Shown here in pieces: positions 27,001 to 40,300 of a stretch of 64,000 nucleotides of DNA (position 1 is its first letter; the number at the start of each line of letters is the position of its first letter). Position numbers and translations under genes: made by a program. The DNA lies in contig CM082584.2 of assembly GCA_040954595.2 (NCBI GenBank), positions 10,630,552 through 10,694,551 of the forward strand, given 5' to 3'. This stretch comes from Balanoglossus misakiensis. Lineage: Eukaryota; Animalia; Hemichordata. The notes under the pieces are model-generated. The model was not told the DNA's origin, did no database searches, and worked only from the letters and a program-made list of their open reading frames with translations.

Positions 27001-30000
27001 GGAAATGTTGGTAACCAGAGCTGAGAAACTTATACGAGAACATAACGTTAACGAACCCATGTTCATGTACTTTGCGCTAGATCTTCCAAAATGGCCGTCT
27101 GAGGTACGTACTTAGAAATTCCACAACTTTTATCGAATACTGAAGTTGAATGGAGTCTAACCATTTGCATAAAAAACAATTTATCGAATGAGAAGCAAAT
27201 CGTAGTAGTATCTAGCGAACAACTTATCATAAGCAATGTGATGATACGTTTCTCTATCTGGTGAAGGCTCCTCAACGATTTTGGGATTTGTACAAGAACG
27301 TCGAAAACGAAGACCGCAGGGGACTGAGTGGTGAGTGTCTGTGTTGCCATGGTTGCAAAGATACCTGTCAAACGTCGGAAGATGAACACTGCTCCATTCC
27401 GACGTCTGGAACTGCCCACTTTGGGCAGTGGTTCTACGTGACCCTATTGTAACATTTTGTCATTTCTTTCTTGGGACCTTAGAATTATTGACCTTATATA
27501 GATCATATTATCATCGCTTTCTTCTTTTCTCAGCTATGGTCTCTGCTATCGATGAGTCAGTCGGCAATCTTACAAGGGCACTGAAAGAGCGTGGAATGTG
27601 GGAAGATACTGTATTTATCTTCTTTAGTGACGTAAGGAAACTTTCTTTGATCGAAAGAAGACAATGTTATTGTGTGTATGGAAAGGGAGAGGGAGAGAGG
27701 GGAGTGAGACAGAGGCCAGATTTTTGCGCACACCCATTGAGACTTTTTAATTTTCACCAACAGAATGGTGGCGTCCCATACTTGGCAGCTAGTAATTGGC
27801 CACTCAGAGGCGCGGCTGGAAATTTGTTTGAAGGCGGATCCAGGGTGCCCGGATTTGTCTACAGTTCGTCACTGAAGAAAAAGGGTTACGTCAACAACGA
27901 GTCAGTTTTGCTCTCTTCATTTTGTTTTTCATTTCTGACATACGCTTAAACCTCATTTCTATGGCAACCCTCTATCAGTCTCGCCACTAACAGGGAATTT
28001 ATGCATCACACCACTAACTTCCTGTTGTCCTAATCTCAGGCTGATCCATATAACAGACTTCCACAGCACAATGATAAAGTTAGCAGGTGGCGAACCAGAG
28101 GGTGACTTGGACGGTTTGGATGTGTGGGACACAATATCGGAAGGCAAGCCATCACCTCGGACAGAAATGGTGTACAACATCGATGACGTAGAGCCATCTG
28201 GAGCCGCTATCAGGTGAATAGCTATTATTGGTGAACGATGTAGAGGAGGGTTCTGTATCCTACATTTTCTTGGCTAAGCCAAAAGACAACAGCACCAGGT
28301 TTTGACGGAACACTGGTGACCGACAAACGTCTCAGTGACAATTCCTAAAGACAAATTGAACGCCACGCGACATGATTAACTATTAATATGTCTTACTTAC
28401 GGTTGCAAGATGAGAGCAGTTCTCCGATCGGATTCTGCCATGCAATGCACGGAACATCAACTGTCCATTGATCGATTTATGCCCTCAATGCGGGTAGCTG
28501 CCACGACTTTTTTTTTCTATTTCTCTCGTCAGAGTTGGAGATTACAAGCTTGTCGTTGGTAATCCAGAAATATTCCATCCACGACGATCGCTTGATTACA
28601 CAGGTAAATAAGCCTACGCGTTAATGCTGAAAAGAATGAAAAAATCTGTTTTGTCTGGTATATTCTGACACTTGTATTGATGTTTAGAACTTTGGTTTCT
28701 GGCACAGGAACAGACAAGATTATACTGTTACGACCTTAACGTTGAACTAGAGTATTTTGGGGAGTTATACGCGTCGAATAAAAATCACAACGCACAAGTA
28801 TATAGAATTATTAAGTTGAAAGAAAAAAATAACCACATGGCTTATAAATTCTATGGACAAAGCATGGCGAGGCGTGTAACCGAACCAGATAAAGATGGTG
28901 GCGAAAAAAGGGGTCAAATCAACCAATGACGACCACAATGTGCGTGCAGTTTCCACCAACAGAGACGAGCAGCTACGGTTCAACAGAGAGTTCCTGGACA
29001 ACCCGTTCGAAGGGAAACTGCATTGTTCAACAGAGGCAGCTAACCTCACAAATTCGTCATCATAGCTCCTCAGATTCGTACAACCATCTCTTACTATCGC
29101 GCTGATACATCCAAAACTTACTTTGGCGTTGTATCCAGCTTCCTTTCAGCAATTGCTTGGGTAAACGACGGGATTGCATACACGTGGACTTCCAAATTCT
29201 TCCGGAAAAGACCGAGTCACGTGGACGCCTAGTGGCACTCATTAGAATATTCATTAACACCTGGTCACACAAACTAGCAAGGTTCACCTGGTCACGCTAA
29301 GCCAGTCAGTCAGTCAGACGGGCCAATTACATAACACACAATAACAGAAACACCTGGTCATACAATTGACATCTAGATAGGTTCACCTGGCCACCCGCTG
29401 ACAAAACCACAACCGCTATCAATCTGTCGGTCCAAAAGCAAAGAAACCAATAGAACAATGTCATCGCAACACTATACATGTATACATGTAGTGTGTTATT
29501 ATCATCATCATGGTAATTTAACTGTGTTTTCTTCTAAATTTCAGATGGCTGGCACAAACCAGCCCTGACGAAGGACACAAAGTTCACCCACACGCCAGTT
29601 CATTTCGGGGATTTGGACAAAATTCCGGAAGCCAAAAATTACACTTTACTTTTTAATCTGAAAGGTATGTATAATCTGCAGACATGCGAAAAACATAACC
29701 AGATCCATTTGATCGCAGATAAAGGGAAGCATGTACTTCTAAACACCCGGGTTTCGGGTCACACGGACAATAAGTGGGACCCAGTCGCTTGGTACATCGC
29801 CGTATACTTCTTCTATTCGATGTACTCCAAGCTCTGGTCGATGCCAGCGATCAGTCAACAGACAATCAATCAATTGCGAACGCAAGGGATTCAACCAATC
29901 AGTGATACAAACACCAGAGAATTCATTTACCACGTTTTCTTTTTTGTTTATCCCACCAGACGACCCCGAAGAGAGACACGACCTGGCCGACAGATATCCA

Positions 30001-30135
30001 GAGAAGGTCGACGAACTAAGACAGAAGTTGAAAGAATACGAGAAAGGCCTCATGCCAGCTATTAATCCGCCTCCCGATTTTGAAGGCTGTGACCCTAGCA
30101 ACTACGACGGCGTCTGGAGCCCCGGTTGGTGCTAG
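24022..30135 (+). CDS. Arylsulfatase B/I/J-like formylglycine-dependent sulfatase with N-terminal membrane anchor (~552 aa)
   Basis: Exons 24022-24048 (tentative; accATG, CAG|GTGGGT), 25128-25248, 25370-25480, 25574-25685, 25943-25994, 26195-26298, 26447-26571, 26744-26808, 27002-27103, 27267-27330, 27534-27631, 27764-27900, 28040-28213, 28533-28603, 29545-29664, 29960-30135 total 1659 nt. Motifs [54 protein letters not shown]-terminal GVWSPGWC. Confidence 0.93.
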
Positions 30136-30642
30136 TTTGTAACCGTGGCGACTGTTGGTGGCAGACCTGTTTCCCGGATGTTTCAATCTGGAAATCGTCA
30201 TAATTAAACGCTTTAAATACTTATGAAGACAAAATTCAATTAAAGCCACATATCTATATTTCATTCTTTTTATATACATGTTTGAATATCAAACAGAAAG
30301 TGGAAGAACGTTGCATACACTGTCCATGTTGGCACAGTTTTTTAAAGCAGTCAAGTCGGCCATTTTATATTGAAAGAGCTCATCTTTTGTGGATCACACG
30401 TTTTCTTTCTCATCACACGTGTAATGATTGTCACGTCGACACGGACATCATCTAGGCTCTAAACGATGAATTAAATTACAATCCCTCTATAGGGATTGTG
30501 GTCAATTCAATTCCTTGTAAAAAAAAACTGCACCGAGTTGCGTCCACTGGCAAGTACACACTGCTCGCCGCAGACGATGGGTACCGCGTAATGGCAACAT
30601 AGATCCGGCTGGAACCTCCAAGGATGTCTACACTACACGCTT

Positions 30643-33632
30643 CTAGTATATCACCTGCGACAGATCTTCGGTTGGTGGCACCCCGAGGTCGTCTGCAGAG
30701 ATAGAATCATAAAATATCGGTTTCAAATTGAACACCTGCAAACCGAATTTCACCGAGGCAATCAATGACAAATTTCTAAAAATATATGATATATATTCTT
30801 GCTCGCACCCTAAAATCCACAAAACAGCTATCCGGAGAGTCACTGATTCCCACACAAAGCACACATCTAGTCGCGTCAGCAGCGACTGCATATGTACGAT
30901 GTAATAATCCAATACCTGATGTTTCTTTGGTACCTATTGTTTTGACGCTGAAGAATATCGGTGCGCCATGGAAGGCCTTGTCCGAGCAGTCCGTCTCTCC
31001 GATAATCGTCACCTTGTACATCGTAGCCGGTTCCAAATTTCCAATCGTCATGCCGCTGATACCGTCACCAGGCGGGCCGTTGCTGACGTAACTTTGTTGC
31101 CTGATGTCTTTGGTGTCCATGGTGATGAGATATCGGTCGATGTTCGGTTCTGGTTTCATGTTCACCGTCATCGAGTTCTCGCTCATTTTTCCTTGTAGTG
31201 CCATATCGGGTCTTGGAACTGAAAAAAGAACAAACGAAAGTGTCTGCCGTAGAAAATATGGTCTGTTTCAGAATGCAAGATCTGTCGCCAACATACATTT
31301 TATTGACGGATGGGATACATCTTTCTGATAAAGATATACTATAGACTGGCTATTTACCTCCACAAGGCCTTTCTGTAGGTGGGGTTACGAGTGCCACCGT
31401 GTCATCTGTTGAATGAAAACAAACGATCAACATGAGATCGACTTTTTTTCGAGAAAGTTCAAGAGGGCTTATGATATGCGAGGCTGGACATGTCTTCAAA
31501 ATGACACCGGATCCCGAGAGAAAAGTACGTTGGCTGGTCACGAGATTTAATCCCCACAAGATGGTGTCTATTACAATGTAGCTTCTCTGTGCTAATTGGT
31601 AAACGTTTATTTTTAGTTCCTTCAACTGATGTATCTCATCAAAAGATCAAAGAGGCCAGTTTCTAAACTTATGCTGGCAATTAATTACCTTTTGATATCA
31701 TGATCTGCAGGTACGCCGAAGTACTCCAGAAAATATGCACCACGCACCGACGAAGAGCGAAGATCTCAACGAGAATAACCTTGTCTCTCGGTAGATTCTT
31801 CAGTGGGATGTGCGTCCTCATGCCGCTTCTCAGCGCAAAATTGACAGTGTCATCTAAAGCTTGATAGGTGACGAAATAGTTGACCACGTCATCTTCCTTC
31901 TCTACTTTGATCATCACCTGACCGTTTCTGACTCTTCTGCTCACTTCCCTTACGTTTGGTGGCGCTGTTTTGGTATGATGGAGAAAGTGGAGAGGAGATA
32001 CGAGTAAGTGATGCGCTAGGTATTTTATATTCTACCCTACACCAACCGGATTAACCTTAGGCCGTATGGTTCAAGTTAGCTTTTGACCTTACTAGGACAA
32101 TGTCACACACTACAACGCAATGGCAGTTGCTGACATCATGCAGCCGCGGTTCGTTAGCAGTAATGAGGCGCAGGTGGTGCAAAAGGGTTCGGCTATGCCG
32201 GACCGGAGTCCCAGAAACACCCCTACGTCTTGCAAATTTCGAAACGCGAAATTAAAAGACTTACTGACCAATCACGGATAGCACATCGCAACTTTCCCCG
32301 CGTGACAGAGACATCCACGTCTTCAAAAGTTCGTCAACCTTTGGAGGAAAAAAAGAACATCAAAAAATAAATTGTAAAGAGTGCTGAAGTTTCATTTAAC
32401 ATGGCGCAAAAGTAACATTTTTTGAACCTATTCTACTATGATATAACGTTTGACTTGTATTAGTTGGCTAGCAATCGCTTGCTATGACAATTAATCAAGA
32501 AACGCGAGATTTGCATCAAGCTGTTACACAATATTGCAGTGTCAATCACACACACTTAACACAGCACGCTTCTACAGAAATTCCTTCGGCAAAGTAGGTC
32601 CAGCGCATACTTGCAAGACTAATGACTGGGTCAGGCAGTTACACTTGAATGAAATTAATATATTGCGATCGAATTTCGGTATGACGATGACTACATTTGA
32701 CTCTACCGATAGTCAAAGTGGAAAACAAATACAATTTCGTTACACGAGAATCTTCCCAGGACACGAATCCCTGCAGGGTCGTGATTTTAAAGCAAACTAA
32801 TAAATTCTAACATAATCGTGAAGATTTTCCGTAAAATCCTGAAAACAGACAAACTTCTGGACGCATTTTCTTCACGGGTCAGTTTCTGGAGACCAGTAGA
32901 ACTCAATACATGTCATCTCGCCAACGCTGATAAAAATAACACACAAATAGCCTTTGTGGGTGACGGAGAAAATAAACTACTTGACATAATTTCACCTGGT
33001 CTGTCACTATCGGTCCATGTTTACCATGGCCAATACAATTCTAAATGTTGGCATGTATTCAGAGTTTTCGTTCTGTTGAACCACAGATAAATTTCTATTT
33101 GTGGTTCAAATAAAACTCTTTCGAATTTCTTGGCTCACGAACAAACGATTTTTACCTTTTTTTATATCAAGAATACATGGAATACTTGCATAAAGTCTCT
33201 CATTGTGCAAGCTGATGTCGATGCATAACTTCAGAAGTGTCAAAAACTACCCCCATTTTGCCTTATGCAAGCAGATAAATTTGTTTGCACCCTCTGGACG
33301 TGACGGAATCCCTACTCGCATTCGTGCTTAGCTTCCCAAGGCGGGAATATGACACTTACACTCATAGAATATGAATCCAGGTGTGAGAAATATGCCTGCA
33401 ACTGGGATTGGTCGAGAGGTTGCTTGTCCACACCGGGGCCACGCGGGACGGGGCCTCCGTCACCGCCGCTGCTTTTGTGTTGCGATGACGTGACCATTCC
33501 ATCGGACATTGACGAAAGGTAGGGCCCGGCGGTCGGCATCGCCCGAACACATCTCCCCGGGGCGTGGTTAAGCCAGGCGAAAACCAATATCATGGAAAGT
33601 TGGGTAACTTTCATCCTCGCCTGCAGAGTCAT
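30643..33632 (-). CDS. Uncharacterised secreted protein with two fibronectin type III-like domains (~333 aa)
   Basis: Exons (-): 33360-33632, 32269-32338, 31689-31964, 31358-31405, 30934-31218, 30643-30692 are frame-consistent (1002 nt). Signal-like MKVTQLSMILVFAWLN. Two ~92-95 aa phase-1/phase-1 exons carry FN3-type signatures (NYFVTY...LKNLPRDKVILVEIFA; RYLITM...IGNLEPATMYKVTIIG). Confidence 0.7.
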
Positions 33633-36600
33633 CGTGTATACGTCGTCGTCTTCCTGAAACGAGAAACGAGACGAGTCTGGTTCATCACATCGCTCTGCTG
33701 ACAAGCCAGTACGGTCGTGCAAAGTAGATTAATTGGTATCAGAATGCATGCAACGCATAGTTTAACAGGTTTCTAACAACACACTGTGGCAAGGTCAGGC
33801 ACAGGGCAGTGAAGTGTATACACACAGAGATACACATGGCGAAAATGTGTTCTACCCACATTACATAAACCACGGGCATGGAGGGACTGAACGTCATACA
33901 GTGGGTGGTGGCGGTGGGACTGCGTCGTTTTAATACTCTACTCTCTCGTGGTTTTCGTTTCAAACAATAACACGATACTTTACATGCATTCGCTGATAGA
34001 TGTATGTCTGATTATACATCTGACGCTGCAACTTATAAGAATTGTGAAACTCAGGACAGACTACTACAGTAAATAGTTTCTTTGTATTCGCTTAATTTTT
34101 GGCCAATTTGCTGTTTCTTTTCAGTGTTTACATTGGTAACCCTCCCATTTTGCGTTCACAGAAGGTAAACAAATATAGAATTCTGATGTAAAATTGAAGT
34201 ACCACGTATGAAAACATTACATCGCACATTAACCAGTGAATGTCACACTATATCTTTGAAATAGCTCATCAACGATGTGTCGCCAGGCCATTAAATGTTG
34301 TTTACCCGAAACTCCACGCAAACTGTTTTGTTTTGACTGTCTCGACCGACATAACAAACACACAATGGCTATCATCACACGACAGAAATGGTAAATTATC
34401 GCTTTCATATTGGCCTAACTGACAGAAAAGGGACAGGTTCATACAATGTGCTTGTCAGGTGGAAGACAGCTCGTGTGCCGGAGTCTGCGACATGTGGAAC
34501 TATCATAAATTAAATTTCACGCTTCACTGATAATCGACGACTAGACTACGTAACGCATTATCAAATGACGAGTTTGCACTCGGTGATCATTGACCTATTA
34601 GCTATACCGTTATTAATCCTACAGCTGGAAATATCTGACCCGGTTCAACAAACGTTATAATTAGTAAAGAGAGAGTGATGACGACGACGATGGTGGTGGT
34701 GATGATGATGAGGAGGAGGAGGGGGTTGTATTTGATCACACATTCATGGACTGTTCAATTTCTTTCCCAGTTTACGTCATTGTTAACTACATGCATATAA
34801 AAAGGGAAGAACCCCAAATGATGCATGGAAAATGATCAGACCCCTCATGATACGACCTTGCCAATGCGTGACCTTCAAAATCCGAACATATATTTGATTC
34901 TTGCGCTTCTTAAGCAAACGAAAAAGCCAACGCGTCGAACTTGTTAACTTATAAATTTAACTTTTGCGGCAAAAATATCGATGATTTAATTGGCAACCTT
35001 AAAAAAGAAACCCACCTTCAAGAAACTCTTCTCTGCGACGTGGACGGGATGCGTTGCTAAATACTGGTACGTCACAGCCGAAGAAACCAAAAACCGTTCG
35101 CAATGTTTATCTGGACAGCGTAACGAGTAAAGGCAGTGCTGTACTGTCGACCACGGTTGCTGTTATGATGGTCCATGCGGACTTGTTCATATGCGTGATA
35201 TATATAGGGCGCCAACCGCCGCCACTTGTCAGCTCCAATTGTTATGACAAATTGAATATGTCAGAGATTCTCCTCTGAAATTCCGTGTTACATAAAAGAA
35301 GTTGCCGTACCTGCACAGGAAGAAAGAGAGTGCATCATATGATTAGCATACATAAACTAAAATGTTTATAAGGCCAGCTTGGGATTTAAATTGAAGTCCA
35401 CCAGAAGCTGTTTGTTCAAAACAAGGTCGTTTGTGTTTTTCAAACGATCGGTGTTTCCGGCTCGTTTACTTTATATGACATGCGTTACGCTTAAACATAT
35501 CAATCACGCTATCCCAGAAGTACCTCATGAAAGAAATTCCCCGTAGATGGCGCCGATCTTTGATGTGTAACTATTACATATTATCAGGATTGGCAGGCGG
35601 TGAAATTCTGAAGCAGCTGACCTCGCGACACGTTTTATGACAGCCGTCACTGTACTGTGTTAAGGTTTCGCAGGTGCACCGTGAAAAACAAGCGTAGGTG
35701 GAGATCGATAGCCGTGGAAAACACGACGTGATCCGGCAAAGACTAACAAGTGGTACAATTCGAGAGGCACAATTTGTCAAGTGTTATATTGACACAAAAC
35801 ATGTGAATTGCCTCGTTTGTCTCCTTGCTGGTAGTAAACGATTTACAAGTTATCGGAAATTGTCAGGATAAGCTCCACGTCGCTCACAAAAACAGCCAAA
35901 CACATTTTTATCGTCGATGCTGTCACCTTCGCCCAGAGGGTCGACTGTTTCAGTGATTGCTAAGCATGCTAAGGTCGACCCGAAATTCCGTTCACCACCC
36001 ATCTTTAGTAATAGGGTGCTTGAAACTAAGTTTGGTCACGTATAATATTTACTCGCGTGCACAAATGTAGCTTGTAATCAGCTAAAAGTTTAGGAGAAAC
36101 ACAGTGTTTGGCTTGGTCGGCACTTACCAATCTACACGTTTGGCTTTCGAAGATGGGTGGCCGAACAAACGTTTGTTTTCCACCTGGGATTCGGCGTAAC
36201 ACGTGGCATACGCGAAGTGCTCCATGCTCTAACTCTGTCTGTCAATAGCGCCCCCACAGTTACAATGAACGACATCGGTGTTTTTAACTCTATGGTATTT
36301 TTACATCTACAGATAAAAGACAACTGATCGCTACATAAAGGTTGCTTTAACTTAAATTCTGTAAAATGTACATTGCTCAAAACGCATGCAAACACACACA
36401 CACAAATATCAAACTGCACTGCATTCATGCTCTCTGTTTCTAACCTTGCTTTTGATTCGCTCTTGAGACAAAGGTTCTGATTGGATACTTCTATTATTCA
36501 AATGTTTACATTTTGCAGTGCAAAAACCAGCAGATCAGAAAATTATTATTTAAATGGTATGCTGCAATAAAATTCACAATGACATAATCTATTTAAAATA

Positions 36601-37325
36601 TTACATTTTAGGTATTATAAATTCATACTTATAATTTCTTATTTAGTACTATTAATGGCTAAAGGCACACACAACTTTGAGCTTGTAAAAGTCAATTCTA
36701 CCCTGTTCAGTTGAACATTTGGAACCTTTGTAGTCTTATATACAATATACTCTTCTATTCTTTTATATTAGATATACTCTAAATGTCTCTTCTCATGAAA
36801 AGAATATCAAAAGAACACAAACTGTCTCACCTAAGGAAAAAATCAGCATTTTGTAAAAACTTTACAAAGGTTTTCTTATTAATAAATAAGTACCATGTAA
36901 CCAGTTCAGCCTTAATGTCACTGATATGTGTTTTCTTGCTTCAAAATGTCTCCTTTTTCATCTCTTACAAATTTAGGATCATCATCCTGAATTTGCTATG
37001 AATAAGTTAATGATAAAAGTACCCAGAATGAAAGGGCATATAAAAGTTTAAGGGATAAGGATAAGGGCATTTTAAAATAAAGATTGAACTGTAAATATAC
37101 ATTTTTCAATTGCTTTTCCAGGTAGGCTTTTCTAGATTCTGCAGAAGAAGAAAAAACACTCTTGCATTAGTTTGTTGCATATTCATTTTTTCGTGAATGA
37201 GCACAATTCACGATTTGATAATCAACAGCATGTATGTGCGCCAGACTGTGAGCTTCGATTTCCACAGGGAATACAGCAGTGTCTGGAAGCGCCCTCTTCA
37301 GTCAATGTGGAAACTTCTGCTGTTT

Positions 37326-40300
37326 TTATATGAAACTGCTGTTGATTGTCGTGGGTTTGTGTTTCACGCCACGACTCCGTGGGTTCATCTCCATGAAGAC
37401 AATCTCGCTGTTGATGTGTTCTGTTTTTCCCATCGGATTGTCCTTGTTGAATAGATCAGACACACCATATGCCTACAAGAGTTGAAAGAAAAGTCACAGA
37501 AATTGTTGTACATGTATTACGTTATAAGGAAACCTAACAATGTTATGTTTGTGTTCTATGATTAAATGAAATTGAAAGCTCACATAAAGACCAAAATACA
37601 ACCGCACACATGTGCTTGATTTGGAACTTTGATCACATCGATGAAGAAGACTAGAAAAAAACCCCACTCCATGGAAACTGCAACATTTAGATGTCTGACA
37701 CATGCGAGGAGACAAACTTGTCTCTTACCATGACAAGAGCAATGACTGCTCCAAGCAAATATCCAGCCAGGACGTCACTCCAATGGTGTTTATAATCGGA
37801 CACTCTGCTCAGACAACAGAATCCCGTCAGAAGTAACGCGACAAACTGTAAAAAGGGCTTCAACAGTCGGATACCTTTCCACTGCATCCTCCCTTGGAGA
37901 TATAACTACAGAGAGATAGAGAGATTGCCATTAAACTTGGTGGTGGGTCATTAAAATGTTACAGGGTCTGTTCTGCTTAATAATGACGTTAGGTTTATTG
38001 GAATCTTTAAGACAAAGTTATGATCAATAAAAGTACACCTACCACTAAGTATATCATGCAGTACGCTGAGAACGAGGAGTGCCCAGAAACAAACGACCGC
38101 CTGAGAACAAAATAAAAACGTATAACACATCAATATTGTTTTATTCATCACTTTAAGAGAATTGTGGGCCATTCTTGACATTCACTTTAAGTGAGTGAAA
38201 TATTTTACAGGTCCATAAAAGAGTGGAAATAGGGCAATAAAATTTACTACTCCATGGGTGTGTACACCCATGGAAATCTTGATCGAAGTTCCAAGTGTTA
38301 AAGGCACATGACCACCTGTGTAAATCTAGTCAAATGTACCATGGGTTCTAGCCAATCATGTTTTCACTTGGGGGTCATGCAAAATAAGTGCGCCACCATA
38401 CATGTAGTGGTATGAACCTTGGAGGTAACAATTTAATGCGGAGAGTATGATCAGATCTGAGGGATCCCATTGTGAATAATATTGAATTGTGAATTTATTC
38501 ACCTGACATCATACACCCTGTCTTCGTCGGTCCCCAAACATGTAAAATCTGTGATATACCCAACTGAGCAATTGATTTTGGAGAAATCGGGTCTGCAGAC
38601 ATCGAAGAAATGCGGTCGCAATCGACCAATCACGTTCTTGGACATGTCAGTGAGGTCCATTGTCACGGCTGCTCCAAACAGGAAGATTCCAATTATTTTG
38701 TAGGTGCGGAACAAGTAAGGATTGATGGGAACGTCACAGCAACACCTGTTAAAGCTTTTCTGAGCGAGATATTCCAGTTGACGAGTCTTCCTGTGCACAA
38801 ACACAGTGGCTTCCACCACGATTATCTGCAAGAGAAAAAGATACTGTTAGCTGAACTGTCAGAAAACAGTGGTGGGTTTATTTCAACTACCATTGAGAGT
38901 TAGTGAGTTTAATGACTCATTTGTAATGTATATTGTACAATTCAATCTCATGGCAATCTTCATAAAGGTCGCCATTTCAGCCATTCACATTTCAATGGGC
39001 AAATTATGAACTTAATATAATGTTAATAGTCACAGCACCATTCCCTGTTAATTCCAATAAAAATAGCCACACATCCATACACACATGGCACAAATATGTT
39101 TCCCAGCCAATAGTAGGCAGAGATGACGATAAGGCGTGTATAGAGATCATCTTTCAAAACCATGTCAAGGCAATACTGTCTCCGCTTCAAGTGATATTTG
39201 ATGATATATTTATAAAACTATCAATTACAGATAGGTTCCTATCGTCATCATTTTTTACTTTTGATTCATTGAATAATGATTTATCTTTCATCAATATTTT
39301 CTACCAGGAAATTCCAAAACTCTGACCTATTCTACTCGTGTCTCTTTCAGACGTGGCACACATAGTCCACGGGAGGTTGGTTTTCAGTGATATGGAAATA
39401 TCTGGCTGGCAGACATTTGAAATCTGATAGGACCTAATCTTAATAGGGTCTATTATAACGGGTCCGTGGAAAACTCAAATTATACACATAACATGAAAAT
39501 CCCACAGAATAACAACTATCAGAGCCCAGTTTTCCCACCGTTTAATTTCAGCAGTGACGTTCAACAGACTACGTTGTTTTTCAGTTTTTCCCAAAGGGTG
39601 ATCAAATTGTGTGATCTGCCAAAATTGTGCGTCACGTATGACTATTTGGCCTCCTGCTTTAAAACGCTACATGATAACAACCAAGGCCTGATCTGTTCCA
39701 GAGGAAAAAAACAGGACTTTCTTATGGGAAAATCCCGGGATGAGAAGCATGAGTATCATGACCCCAGTCTGAAGACTAACATGTTCAAATGATATGGTTT
39801 GTTGAGAGACACCCTAAAAGGAACAATTTGATCGGGTACTGTCAACTGGCCCCATATCCTGACACTGTTGTGCAATCATCTTTGACTTTGTGTTAATTCT
39901 TTTCACTGAGCACATCCCCTTTAATGTTCAAATTTTTCTAGTAAGTGGCAGCCATATTTTGGTGCGTACCTGAAACCTATACACAGTGATGGAAACATGA
40001 TGCATACTCACAAATAGTACTGGTAATCCAAGAGAGAATGCATAGAGCATAAGTGCTGTGACAGTGCTGTCTTTGTACGGATACTTCAAACTGTCATCAC
40101 TGCAGAAGAAGCCACGTTCGTAGACGGGCAACAGTTTCAGTCTGACCACCGCTATTGGTGAAGCAACTGTTAAAAAAAGAATACATTTATTCAGCATTAG
40201 GTTACTTGACTTGACAACACTGAAATACATGTACTTTCATCATATTTGTCAACGATTGGTTAGATATGACAGATTACCCATAGCATCTATGACTACATGC

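Noticed and set aside
38251-38274. Small palindrome TCCATGGGTGT-gt-ACACCCATGGA in a PLPP intron
   Set aside because: Isolated 11-bp stem with no supporting context.
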